DNA from: Candidatus Yanofskybacteria bacterium
Lineage (GTDB): Bacteria; Patescibacteriota; Minisyncoccia; 2-02-FULL-40-12; IGHO2-12-FULL-4
Assembly: GCA_016181105.1 (NCBI GenBank)
Contig: JACOZX010000017.1
Location: forward strand, 1-38,533
Direction of reading: 5' to 3'
DNA: 38,533 bases
The translations under genes and the position numbers were made by a program. The notes under the pieces are model-generated. The model was not told the DNA's origin. It did no database searches and saw only the letters and a list, made by a program, of their open reading frames with translations. Of the stretch, positions 10,007 through 18,206 are shown in pieces (the first letter of the stretch is position 1; each line of letters begins with the position of its first letter).

Positions 10007-10062
10007 ATCACTACGAAAAGGACCCCTATGCAGTTTTGCTGTATCGGGGGCCTTTTTATTTT
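10007..10062 (+). ncRNA. Predicted ~50-nt small RNA convergent with the NYN gene
   Basis: Promoter directly upstream; hairpin 10016-10056 (AAAAGGACCCCTATGCAG-TTTTG-CTGTATCGGGGGCCTTTT) followed by a T-rich tract on +; one G.U pair favours the + strand. Confidence 0.45.
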
Positions 10063-10541
10063 TTATTCACTTTAAATTTTACCCAATCCAGATATAGTAT
10101 TCTTGCGCTGGTTCTTTTTAAAAGCACGGAACAATGGTTGCTCGGAGAAACAATAGCTAAAATCTTGTTTCTCCCCTGCAAAAATTTGACTAGACTGGCA
10201 TAATCGCCATCACTAGAAATGATAACCGCTTTATCAAAAACATTTTCATAAGTATCACAAACCGTTCGCAAAACTAAATCTGCATCGCAGTTTCCTTTTG
10301 CTTTTCCTTCACCGTCATAAATAGTTTCCTTGAAAACCAAAGTAAAACCAACTTCCTGAAGACGAGTATATAAATCTTTATATTTGGGTATCAGGCCTAG
10401 AAAAAGATAAGCCCGTTTAATTTTATATTTACTACTCAACCAAAGACGTAATCTTTTATAATCAAGCTCCCAACCCAAGTCAGCAACACCCTTATGAAGG
10501 TTAGCCCCATCAATATATGCGAAATTGTTTTCGGGGTTCAT
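10056..10541 (-). CDS. NYN-domain (LabA/DUF88, PIN-like) nuclease
   Basis: YIDGANL, KGNCDADL, ISSDGDY acidic catalytic motifs. Confidence 0.92.
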   Translation of the reverse strand: MNPENNFAYIDGANLHKGVADLGWELDYKRLRLWLSSKYKIKRAYLFLGLIPKYKDLYTRLQEVGFTLVFKETIYDGEGKAKGNCDADLVLRTVCDTYENVFDKAVIISSDGDYASLVKFLQGRNKILAIVSPSNHCSVLLKRTSARILYLDWVKFKVNKK

Positions 10542-10558
10542 TGCAACTTTTTAGATAC

Positions 10559-11374
10559 TTAAATAATAAGCATCGTAATCAAATATCCGATTATTGACAT
10601 TGCCGCGATAGGCGGCAAAGCGGCCATTGGTTTTCTTTCTTTTTGATTTGCAAATAAAAGATGAGTGATAACAAAACCAGCCACTGCAAAAACCGCAACC
10701 AGCCAAGCTTGTATCAAAGAAACCCTGACGAGAGAGGAAACTAAAATTAAAGGCAAGGCCACATCGCCGCTTCCCAAAATCATAAACTGTTCGCCTAACT
10801 TCATATTCCCGGTTTTTTCTTTAAAATCTGAAAATCTGTTCGGAATGACCAGTCCAAAAATTGCATTTGACCGTATCATGTTCTCTGCCATTTTTATCAT
10901 ATGGCCGGTAAAATAAACGGCAACAATATCGTAAACCGAGAATATTGCTAAAATTATAACTGCCGCAATTGGCGTAAGGCTTAATCCTAAAACAGAACCG
11001 ATTCCGGTAATAGCCAAGATCACGGCCAAATTTTGAACCGCAACCCTAGGTATCGCTAAAACTAAGATCAAAAACAAAACAAGAGTAATCAAGGCAACTG
11101 TCGGTGAAAGAAAAACAGAAAAAATAATTTGCGAACCGCTAAAAATAACCAACCAAAGAAAAATCTTAAAAAAAATCCGGCTCGGCTTGCCTTGCCTGAA
11201 AACAAAAAAAATAAAAACCAAAAGCACCGCGGAAAAAATAAAAATATCCCAAAAAGAAAACTTAAAATCAAGAGATGGCAGACCCGCAGACGGCAACAAG
11301 GATAACTGCCTTTGAACAGTCAGAAGCCCCAAAATTTGCGCAGACGCAAACAAAATTACTCCTTTTATAATCAT
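10559..11374 (-). CDS. Presenilin/signal-peptide-peptidase-like (A22, GxGD) intramembrane aspartyl protease
   Basis: VYDIVAV (YD), ILGSGD (GxGD) and PMAALPP (PAL-like) motifs in a polytopic protein. Confidence 0.88.
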   Translation of the reverse strand: MIIKGVILFASAQILGLLTVQRQLSLLPSAGLPSLDFKFSFWDIFIFSAVLLVFIFFVFRQGKPSRIFFKIFLWLVIFSGSQIIFSVFLSPTVALITLVLFLILVLAIPRVAVQNLAVILAITGIGSVLGLSLTPIAAVIILAIFSVYDIVAVYFTGHMIKMAENMIRSNAIFGLVIPNRFSDFKEKTGNMKLGEQFMILGSGDVALPLILVSSLVRVSLIQAWLVAVFAVAGFVITHLLFANQKERKPMAALPPIAAMSIIGYLITMLII

Positions 11375-11667
11375 CTGGTCCAGGGTTTATCCGGATATTT
11401 CTTTAAAATATAACGATACTTACTTTCGCTTTCAGGTATGATAACTACGGATATATTATCTTCCAGCCAGCCATCTATTAGTTTCCTTTCCGGCACGGAA
11501 ACCACTTTAATTCTTTTTATGTTGCTGGCCTGTAAAGTTTCCACGTCAATATCCGAGTTAAAATTTTTTATGATAATAAAAAAGAAAAATATAAAGAAAA
11601 GAGCAAGGCCAATCAAAAAGATAATTCCCAAAGACGACTCCACTTTTATGGTTAAAAGATTTTTCAT
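11371..11667 (-). CDS. Hypothetical single-pass membrane protein
   Basis: N-terminal TM helix; ATGA overlap with the protease gene. Confidence 0.7.
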   Translation of the reverse strand: MKNLLTIKVESSLGIIFLIGLALFFIFFFFIIIKNFNSDIDVETLQASNIKRIKVVSVPERKLIDGWLEDNISVVIIPESESKYRYILKKYPDKPWTR

Positions 11668-11674
11668 AATTGGT

Positions 11675-12130
11675 TTACTGCTTAATTATGATGGTGCCGG
11701 CTTCGTTTGGATTTCTCTCGTTGTAATAGTCAAAAACACCGGCTGTCTGGAAAGTGTAGTCAAATCCTTGGTCCGGAAGAATTTCTTTAGTGGTTTGAAA
11801 TCCCAAGCTTTCTTTGTTTTTAACAGAGCTTTGTGATGTTATTTTTATTGGAAAAAGACTTTTGTTTTGAAACTGAACGGAGTCTCCTTGATGAATTCTT
11901 AGATTGGTTGGACTAAAAACTCCACCGCTATAAAATATGGAATAGGTGCGGGACGGCCTGCTTGAGATGTTTGAACCGGTTGATGAAGAAGCAGAATCCG
12001 GACTACTGCCGCCAAAATAGGTGATTGCGACTGATAGCAAGATTAAAAGCAAAATAACTAAAATCCAAGACAACCCCTTGGGTTCAGAGTTTTCTGATTT
12101 ATTCAATAATTTTTCCTTTATTGACGGCAT
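11675..12130 (-). CDS. Membrane-anchored cupredoxin-fold protein
   Basis: FSPTNLRIHQGDSVQFQN...FDYTFQTAGVFDY...GTIII strand pattern; His/Cys/Met copper ligands absent. Confidence 0.78.
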   Translation of the reverse strand: MPSIKEKLLNKSENSEPKGLSWILVILLLILLSVAITYFGGSSPDSASSSTGSNISSRPSRTYSIFYSGGVFSPTNLRIHQGDSVQFQNKSLFPIKITSQSSVKNKESLGFQTTKEILPDQGFDYTFQTAGVFDYYNERNPNEAGTIIIKQ

Positions 12131-12179
12131 AATTAGAGATTATCTATAACTATAATAACTGAATTTATGCAAAAAACAA

Positions 12180-12200
12180 AATCCCGAAAGTGGCGGGATT
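12180..12200 (-). terminator. Intrinsic terminator after 12199..12702
   Basis: AATCCCG-7 nt-CGGGATT stem followed by a T-rich tract on the minus strand. Confidence 0.55.
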
Positions 12201-12702
12201 AAGAATGTTCGACTAAAAAATTTATTAAAGACTGCGATACGGCTGCTAGGATAGCCTTGCTTCCAGCGTTTGGTTTATGTTTAACCCAAACAACAAAAAG
12301 CGGGACCGATAGTTCTTTTTCGGTAAACAAAATTTTATTTTCTATGGGCATGATTACTCCGCCAATTTGTTGGTTGTCTTCTTTTTTCTCTTTCACAACA
12401 TCTTCTAAAAAATCATGGTCTCTTGTTAAAAACACAAGTCTTGGTTTAATATCCTGAAACAGGCATTTTAAAACATGGTGGTCGGAAAATATGACCTGCT
12501 TGGCAAGTTGCATTACCTGATAATCTTTTCTTCCTTTCTTTTCGCCATCAAGCCTTTTTCTTACATGAAAAATCGGAAAAAATAAGGTAAAAAGTTCTAA
12601 TTTTTCATCGGTTTTTTTTAGAAAAAAATTCAGAATTTTTTCGTCCATATTCGCAATGTTCTCATCCAAAAAAACAAAAACCGGAATTGTCTCTGTCTCC
12701 AA
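12199..12702 (-). CDS. PIN-like protein (DUF5615/VapC45-like)
   Basis: VFLDENI ... KDYQVMQLA ... VFLTRDHDF pattern; AGGAG 8 nt before the TTG start. Confidence 0.6.
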   Translation of the reverse strand: METETIPVFVFLDENIANMDEKILNFFLKKTDEKLELFTLFFPIFHVRKRLDGEKKGRKDYQVMQLAKQVIFSDHHVLKCLFQDIKPRLVFLTRDHDFLEDVVKEKKEDNQQIGGVIMPIENKILFTEKELSVPLFVVWVKHKPNAGSKAILAAVSQSLINFLVEHS

Positions 12703-12776
12703 ACAGCCGCTCCTAGTTTTTTAAGGTCCGACTTAATGAGAATAAGTTAACAGATTGCCAAAATTTTGTAAACAAA

Positions 12777-12797
12777 AAGCGGATTTTTAGCCCGCTT
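12777..12797 (-). terminator. Intrinsic terminator after 12796..13180
   Basis: AAGCGG-9 nt-CCGCTT followed by T-rich sequence on the minus strand. Confidence 0.45.
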
Positions 12798-13180
12798 ACT
12801 CCAAAACAAGTTTTCTGAAGCCGCCGATCTCGGAAACTTTCAGTTGTTTTGCTTCCTTTTTCATCTCCCCAGAAAATGCGTCTTTGGGGAAGATATAAAC
12901 TCTTAAATTTCTTACTACTCGGTCTTTCTTATTTTCAATACCCAAAACCATGTCCGAGCCTCTTTCCTGAATAAAAGAAACCTCGAAAACGCCGTTGTGT
13001 ATCTCCTTAGACGGCTCTCCGCTGAAAGGAGCTTTGACCAAAACGATGGCTAAAAAAATAAAGCCGAAAAACGACAAAACTAAATCATAAACATCTTCGT
13101 CCCTGACAGCCGCCTTAATTAAAATCATAAAGTTCACAGATAGTCCCAAAAATAAAAGAAATATCAAAAAAACCTTCCAT
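12796..13180 (-). CDS. Hypothetical two-TM membrane protein; probable 1-nt frameshift in a T7 run near the start
   Basis: Open frame 12796-13167. An ATG at 13180 has GGGAG 7 nt upstream but is one T out of frame. Confidence 0.6.
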
Positions 13181-13196
13181 CTTTTTTCTCCCTTTT

Positions 13197-14438
13197 TTAT
13201 TTTAAAAGTTCTTCTATTACCTTCTTATCGGACCAAGGAATCTTTTGGCCTCCGCTAACTGCCATGGAGGTTTCCGATCCCTTGCCCGTTATCACCACAA
13301 TATCACCTTCTTTAGCCAAAGTCAAGGCTTTTTTAATTGCTTCTTTTCTGTCAAGAATTTTTAGGATTTGGGATTTAGAATTTAGAATTTGCGAGAATCC
13401 CGAAGAAATTTGGTTTAGAATTTCTTCGGGATTCTCGTCGTATGGGTCTTCATCAGTTAAAATAATTTCGTCACAATACTTTGCGGCAATTCTGCCAAAC
13501 TCCGGCCTCTTCCACTTATCCCTGCCTCCCCCCGCCGCCCCGAGCACGCAAATCAATCTGCCGCCTAATGGCAAGCTCCTTTTCAAAGTTTGGTAAACCA
13601 TTTCCAGAGAATCCGGCGTATGAGCATAATCAACTACAACTTGAAAAGATTGACCAGCGTTAACATATTCCATCCTTCCGGGAATTGAGTTAACTTCAGT
13701 TAAAGCTTTTTTTATGACTTCCAAGCTAACGCCGTAATTTTCTGCCACCGCCACGGCCGCTAAAATATTGTATTTGTTAAAGTCACCATTTAGTTGAGTA
13801 GTCAGGCCTAGTTTCTCCCAATCGTGCCAGCCATACAAAATTTTTTTATTTGATTTGAATTTTTTAAATCTTTCCAAAAGAGGTTCGTCTTCGTTAAGAA
13901 TATGGGTGCGTTTGGTTTTTTTAAACAGCCGCTCTTTGGCTTTTATGTAGTTTTCAAAAGTGCCGTGATTTTCAATATGCTCTCTATGAATATTAGTCAA
14001 AACAGCCGCATCAAATTTTATACCCAGATGCCTTTTTTGTTTTATGCCCTCGGAGGTAACCTCCAAAACAACATATTTACAGCCAGCTTTTTTGGCTCGA
14101 TATAAAAACTGTTGAACCTTAAACCGGCCCGGCATGGTCATCTTTAAAGTATTGGGCCATTCTTTTTCTTTAATTTTGTATCCAAGTGAGCCGATCATGG
14201 CTATCGGTATTCCCGCTTTCTCAAAAATTTTAGCAATCAAAAAGACTGTTGTTGATTTGCCTTTGGTTCCCGTTACTCCGATAACTTTCATTGAGTGCGA
14301 GGGAAAACCGTAAAGCAAAGCCCCTAACCAAGCCAGTCCCCAGTGATAAATTGGCTGCCCGGCTTTAAACAGACTACGAGGCATGGACTTGCGGCCAAAA
14401 TCCAGCAACTTTTCTAAAATTTTATTTTCTTTAAACAT
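13197..14438 (-). CDS. murE: UDP-N-acetylmuramyl-tripeptide synthetase (Mur ligase)
   Basis: IGVTGTKGKSTT, LEVTSEG, PGRME, VDYAHTPD, GGGRDKWKR, TGKGSE motifs. Confidence 0.92.
   Translation of the reverse strand: MFKENKILEKLLDFGRKSMPRSLFKAGQPIYHWGLAWLGALLYGFPSHSMKVIGVTGTKGKSTTVFLIAKIFEKAGIPIAMIGSLGYKIKEKEWPNTLKMTMPGRFKVQQFLYRAKKAGCKYVVLEVTSEGIKQKRHLGIKFDAAVLTNIHREHIENHGTFENYIKAKERLFKKTKRTHILNEDEPLLERFKKFKSNKKILYGWHDWEKLGLTTQLNGDFNKYNILAAVAVAENYGVSLEVIKKALTEVNSIPGRMEYVNAGQSFQVVVDYAHTPDSLEMVYQTLKRSLPLGGRLICVLGAAGGGRDKWKRPEFGRIAAKYCDEIILTDEDPYDENPEEILNQISSGFSQILNSKSQILKILDRKEAIKKALTLAKEGDIVVITGKGSETSMAVSGGQKIPWSDKKVIEELLK
13360..13394. repeat. Five tandem degenerate heptamers inside murE
   Basis: TTTAGGA TTTGGGA TTTAGAA TTTAGAA TTTGCGA; encodes SQILNSKSQILK on the minus strand. 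Confidence 0.8.
13392..13437. repeat. Perfect 19-bp inverted repeat with an 8-nt loop inside murE
   Basis: CGAGAATCCCGAAGAAATT-TGGTTTAG-AATTTCTTCGGGATTCTCG. Confidence 0.9.
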
Positions 14439-15353
14439 TTAAAAAAACTTTCTTGCCATTTTGTAAGCCAAAAACCAGAACCAAGAGAGGGAAAGATCAA
14501 AAGAACCCGGATGCTCAACAACTTTCCCGCCCCAACCCAGTTTAAATCTTGTTACTCCCGGCCACTTATTGGCATCTATACCCCAAAAGTCATATAACTC
14601 AAAACCTAAAGCTTTTAACTCTTTAATCACTTCCCAATGTAACTTATGCGGAGCCATATAACTTCTGTAGTCGTAATCCGAAGCCCCGTGAAGATAGTAG
14701 GCAGTATTTTTATAAGTTAGCAAAATAAGTCCGGCAACCGGTTTGTCTTTATAATAAGCGAGGCTCAACCTTGATGTGATTTCTTTGCCGTCATTGAAAA
14801 ATTTCAAAAGTTTTTCGTAGTAATCTTTAGTATGAGAAGAAAATTTATCTCTCTTTGCGGTTTTTTTTATTAAGTTCCAGAAAGATTCAAAATCGTCGCT
14901 TTCTTTAACAACAATCCCGTTTTTTTCCGCAACTTTAATGTTGTATCTGGTTTTGTGATGCATCGCGTCAAGTAAGTCGTCTTCACTTTTGAACAAATCC
15001 AAAATAACTGTTTTGGACGGTTGTATTTCTTTTTTAGATTTTTTAAATTTATGCTCCGCAAAAACCTGAGCAACACCGTCGGACACAGGTTCCATTTTTA
15101 TAAAAATTGATTTTTCTTTTTTGGCTAGTTCCCGCAACCAGACAACAAAGTTGCTTATCGGATTTTTTAAACCTCCGGCCATAGAATTAAAATCCATCTC
15201 CGGCCCGTGAGCAACGTAAAGATAGCTTTTCTTGAAAGGCTCGGGCAATTTTATAACTCCCGCTTTAATTCCCTCTTTGTCATATTCAAAAACAGGCCTA
15301 CTTAAAGACCTTTGAAAGTCAAGCCAGTCTTTTGATTGGAGAAAACTGCTCAT
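14439..15353 (-). CDS. FemABX/MurM-family peptidoglycan aminoacyltransferase
   Basis: SFLQSKDW, KTRYNIKVAEKNG, YLHGAS, YDFWGI, GVTRFKLGWGG motifs. Confidence 0.92.
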   Translation of the reverse strand: MSSFLQSKDWLDFQRSLSRPVFEYDKEGIKAGVIKLPEPFKKSYLYVAHGPEMDFNSMAGGLKNPISNFVVWLRELAKKEKSIFIKMEPVSDGVAQVFAEHKFKKSKKEIQPSKTVILDLFKSEDDLLDAMHHKTRYNIKVAEKNGIVVKESDDFESFWNLIKKTAKRDKFSSHTKDYYEKLLKFFNDGKEITSRLSLAYYKDKPVAGLILLTYKNTAYYLHGASDYDYRSYMAPHKLHWEVIKELKALGFELYDFWGIDANKWPGVTRFKLGWGGKVVEHPGSFDLSLSWFWFLAYKMARKFF

Positions 15354-15949
15354 TTTTTGTTCTTACCTAAAATCCGCAGGGATTCCTTAATTTTATCTTC
15401 TGAACTCTTGGCGTTAGCCGAGACCTCTTTTAATGTTTCTCTCGCTTGATAAGTTGAATAACCAAGAGCAACCAAAGCATCAATCGCTTCGCCTTCAGAA
15501 GCAAAATCTCGGTCTTGGCCCACACCAAGACCTTTTTCCAATAATTTGTTTTTCAGCTCCAAAATTATGCGCTGGCTGGTTTTGGACCCGACGCCGGACA
15601 ACTTTCTTAAATAGTTATCATCGCCTTTGATAATTGCTAACTGCAGTGTCTGCAAATCAACAGACGAAAGTAATCCCTGCGCCGACTTTGGCCCGACGCC
15701 GGAAACAGTCAAAAGCAACTGAAAAAAAGCTAATTCCTCCGGCTTTTCAAAGCCGTAGAAATCAAAAATCCCTTCCCGGGAATTGAAATTTGTATAAATA
15801 AAAAGCTTGACTTGTGAGCCTACTTTTGATAAAATACCATGAACTCTTTCCGGCAATATGACCCTATAGCCTATCCCGCCTGTATTTACTATGACCGATC
15901 GGTCGGAAACCGCTTCAATTGTGCCGCTGATGAACGAGATCATCCTCAT
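15350..15949 (-). CDS. ruvA: Holliday junction branch migration protein RuvA
   Basis: MISFISG, GGIGYRV, HhH motifs VSGVGPKSA and LSGVGSKTS, EAIDALVALGY. Confidence 0.97.
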   Translation of the reverse strand: MRMISFISGTIEAVSDRSVIVNTGGIGYRVILPERVHGILSKVGSQVKLFIYTNFNSREGIFDFYGFEKPEELAFFQLLLTVSGVGPKSAQGLLSSVDLQTLQLAIIKGDDNYLRKLSGVGSKTSQRIILELKNKLLEKGLGVGQDRDFASEGEAIDALVALGYSTYQARETLKEVSANAKSSEDKIKESLRILGKNKK

Positions 15950-15988
15950 ATTGTTTCATAAAATAATACTTTTTTAAAGTAAGGCGGT

Positions 15989-16194
15989 AGTTAGTCTGGC
16001 AAACATTGCTTTTTCCGGACGCTCGCTTTTTTCCGGCGAAAAAGATTGCTCTTTGTAAGCTGTGGATTCGGAAAGAAGACTTTCCGACCAGCTCGCCGCT
16101 TTTTCATCTTATTCTGCTGAATGGGCTGAAAAAGCGGCTCGCGAGCAATCCACAGCTTACAGAGCCTCCAAAAGCAATGTTTGCCAGACTAACT
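15989..16194 (-). repeat. Structured dispersed element, copy A (206 nt; MITE-like or ncRNA)
   Basis: Perfect 25-bp terminal inverted repeat (15989-16013 / 16170-16194) plus nested stems; reverse-complement homolog of 29631-29839. Confidence 0.9.
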
Positions 16195-16205
16195 TTACTT
16201 TTACC

Positions 16206-18200
16206 TTGTTTAAACTCACATCAAAATTTAAACCAACCGGTGATCAACCTCAAGCGATTGAGAAGCTTGTAGCTGGCTTAAAATCCGGCTTAAAACATCA
16301 AACGCTTTTAGGCGTAACCGGCTCCGGTAAAACTTTCAGTATAGCCAACGTCATCACCGAAATTAAAAAACCGACTTTGGTTATTTCTCCAAACAAAACT
16401 TTGGCCGCCCAGCTTTATCAAGAGTTTAAAGAATTCTTTCCCCAAAACTCTGTCCACTATTTCGTTAGTTATTATGACTACTACCAGCCGGAGGCCTACA
16501 TACCCCACACCAACACTTACATAGAAAAAGATGCCCGCATCAACGAAGAAATTGACAAACTCCGCCACGCCGCAACTCAAGCCTTATTGACCAGAGATGA
16601 TGTGATTATAGTCGCTTCAGTATCCTGTATCTATAACCTCGGTTCGCCGGAAGAATACAAAAAAATGAGTTTGGAAATTTACGAAGGCCAAAAAATGACC
16701 GGCGCAGAACTGCACAAAAATTTAATCCGACTGCAATACGCCCAAGATATAGAACTTAAAAGAGGCAAATTTAGAAAAACCAGCGAAGAATTTGAGCTGA
16801 TACCGGCAACCGGCGACCGGTTAATAAAAGTTAAAATTTTAAATAATAAAATAAAAAAAATCAGCGTAGCCGAAAATATTGATTTAGAGGCTTTGGATTT
16901 TGGCGATTTGAAATATCACAGGATAATTGAAACAAAAATTTTCCCGGCAAAATACTGGATTGCTCCGCAAAACAAACTTTCTATAGCTTTAAGCAACATT
17001 AAGGCCGAATTGGACAAACACATTAAGAAATTAAAAAAAGACGGCCGAAGCGAAGAAGCTTGGCGGCTGAAAGAGCGCACTGAACTGGACTTGGAAATGA
17101 TTAAGCAAACCGGCTACTGCCACGGCATTGAAAACTACTCTTGCCACCTTGATTTTAGAAGTCCCGGAGATCCGCCCTACACAATGCTGGATTTTTTCAA
17201 AACAAAAAAAGATTTTTTGACCATAATTGACGAGTCGCACATTACCATTCCCCAGATTAGAGGCATGTTTCACGGTGACCATTCAAGAAAATCAACGCTT
17301 ATAGAACACGGCTTCAGATTGCCTTCAGCAATTGATAACCGGCCTTTAAAATTTGAGGAGTTCTCTGAAAGAGTAAATCAGGTAATTTATGTTTCCGCGA
17401 CCCCAAAGACTTTTGAGTTGAAAAAATCGGGTAGGAAAGGTCTGGCCGAACAGTTAGTCAGGCCTACAGGACTTCTTGACCCGACCATTGAGGTATTGCC
17501 GACCGAAGGCCAAATCCCCCACCTCATTTCAGAGATAAAAAAGAGGATAGCCAAAAAACAAAGAGTCTTAGTAACCACTCTGACCAAAAGAATGGCTGAA
17601 GACCTTTCAGAACACTTGGCCAATGAGAAAATCAAAGTTAACTACATACACTCTGAAATTAAAACTTTAAAACGATTAGAGATTATACATGACTTGCGCT
17701 TAGGCAACTATGACGTCATCGTCGGGGTTAATTTGTTAAGAGAAGGCTTAGACCTGCCGGAGGTTTCTTTAATAGCAATTTTAGATGCTGACAAAGAAGG
17801 CTTCTTGCGCAACACAACTACTTTAATCCAAACTATGGGTCGCGCGGCCAGAAACGTTGACGGCCACATTGTGATGTATGCCAACAAAAAAACTAAATCT
17901 ATGGAAGCGGCAACTAAAGAAACTCTGCGCCGCCGAAAAGCGCAGGAAAGATATAATCTGAAAAATAAAATCACACCCACGACAGTTTATAAAGAAATTA
18001 AAAAAAGCGACCTGCCGGCTTCAGCAACACCCAAAGTGATTTACGCCGGCTACGACTTTTCAAAAACATCTGAAGAACTTTCTGTTAAGAAAAAACTGGA
18101 AGAATTGCAAAAAGAAACAAGTAAAGCTATTAAAAAACTGGACTTTGAAAGAGCAATGGTGATTAGGGAGCAGATAAAAGAGCTGAGGAAACTGGTTTAA
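16206..18200 (+). CDS. uvrB: Excinuclease ABC subunit UvrB
   Basis: PTGDQPQAI, GVTGSGKT, YYDYYQPEAY, IDESH, GRAARN. Start moved to TTG 16206 because the upstream extension translates element copy A. Confidence 0.97.
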   Translation: MFKLTSKFKPTGDQPQAIEKLVAGLKSGLKHQTLLGVTGSGKTFSIANVITEIKKPTLVISPNKTLAAQLYQEFKEFFPQNSVHYFVSYYDYYQPEAYIPHTNTYIEKDARINEEIDKLRHAATQALLTRDDVIIVASVSCIYNLGSPEEYKKMSLEIYEGQKMTGAELHKNLIRLQYAQDIELKRGKFRKTSEEFELIPATGDRLIKVKILNNKIKKISVAENIDLEALDFGDLKYHRIIETKIFPAKYWIAPQNKLSIALSNIKAELDKHIKKLKKDGRSEEAWRLKERTELDLEMIKQTGYCHGIENYSCHLDFRSPGDPPYTMLDFFKTKKDFLTIIDESHITIPQIRGMFHGDHSRKSTLIEHGFRLPSAIDNRPLKFEEFSERVNQVIYVSATPKTFELKKSGRKGLAEQLVRPTGLLDPTIEVLPTEGQIPHLISEIKKRIAKKQRVLVTTLTKRMAEDLSEHLANEKIKVNYIHSEIKTLKRLEIIHDLRLGNYDVIVGVNLLREGLDLPEVSLIAILDADKEGFLRNTTTLIQTMGRAARNVDGHIVMYANKKTKSMEAATKETLRRRKAQERYNLKNKITPTTVYKEIKKSDLPASATPKVIYAGYDFSKTSEELSVKKKLEELQKETSKAIKKLDFERAMVIREQIKELRKLV

Positions 18201-18206
18201 AACTTC

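Noticed and set aside
9991-10203. 70-aa plus-strand ORF downstream of the 9972 promoter
   Set aside because: Its TTG lies within the -10 region, and it crosses a terminator and runs antisense to the NYN gene.
16020-16110. Pseudoknot between the TCGCCGG loop and CGGCGA in copy A
   Set aside because: The equivalent pairing is not maintained in copy C (TGACGA versus TCGCTG).
16061-16153. TGTGGATT/AATCCACA inside the element as DnaA boxes
   Set aside because: Two mismatches from consensus, and explained as the two arms of one stem.
15989-16194. Structured element as an integron attC site or 6S RNA
   Set aside because: Ends read GTTAGTC...GACTAAC, the reverse of the attC RYYYAAC...GTTRRRY order, and no integrase is present. 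At least three dispersed branched copies do not fit 6S RNA, though only an Rfam scan can exclude it.
16062-16205. 48-aa N-terminal extension of UvrB, and ORF 16006..16272
   Set aside because: Both translate element copy A; UvrB homology begins at TTG 16206.
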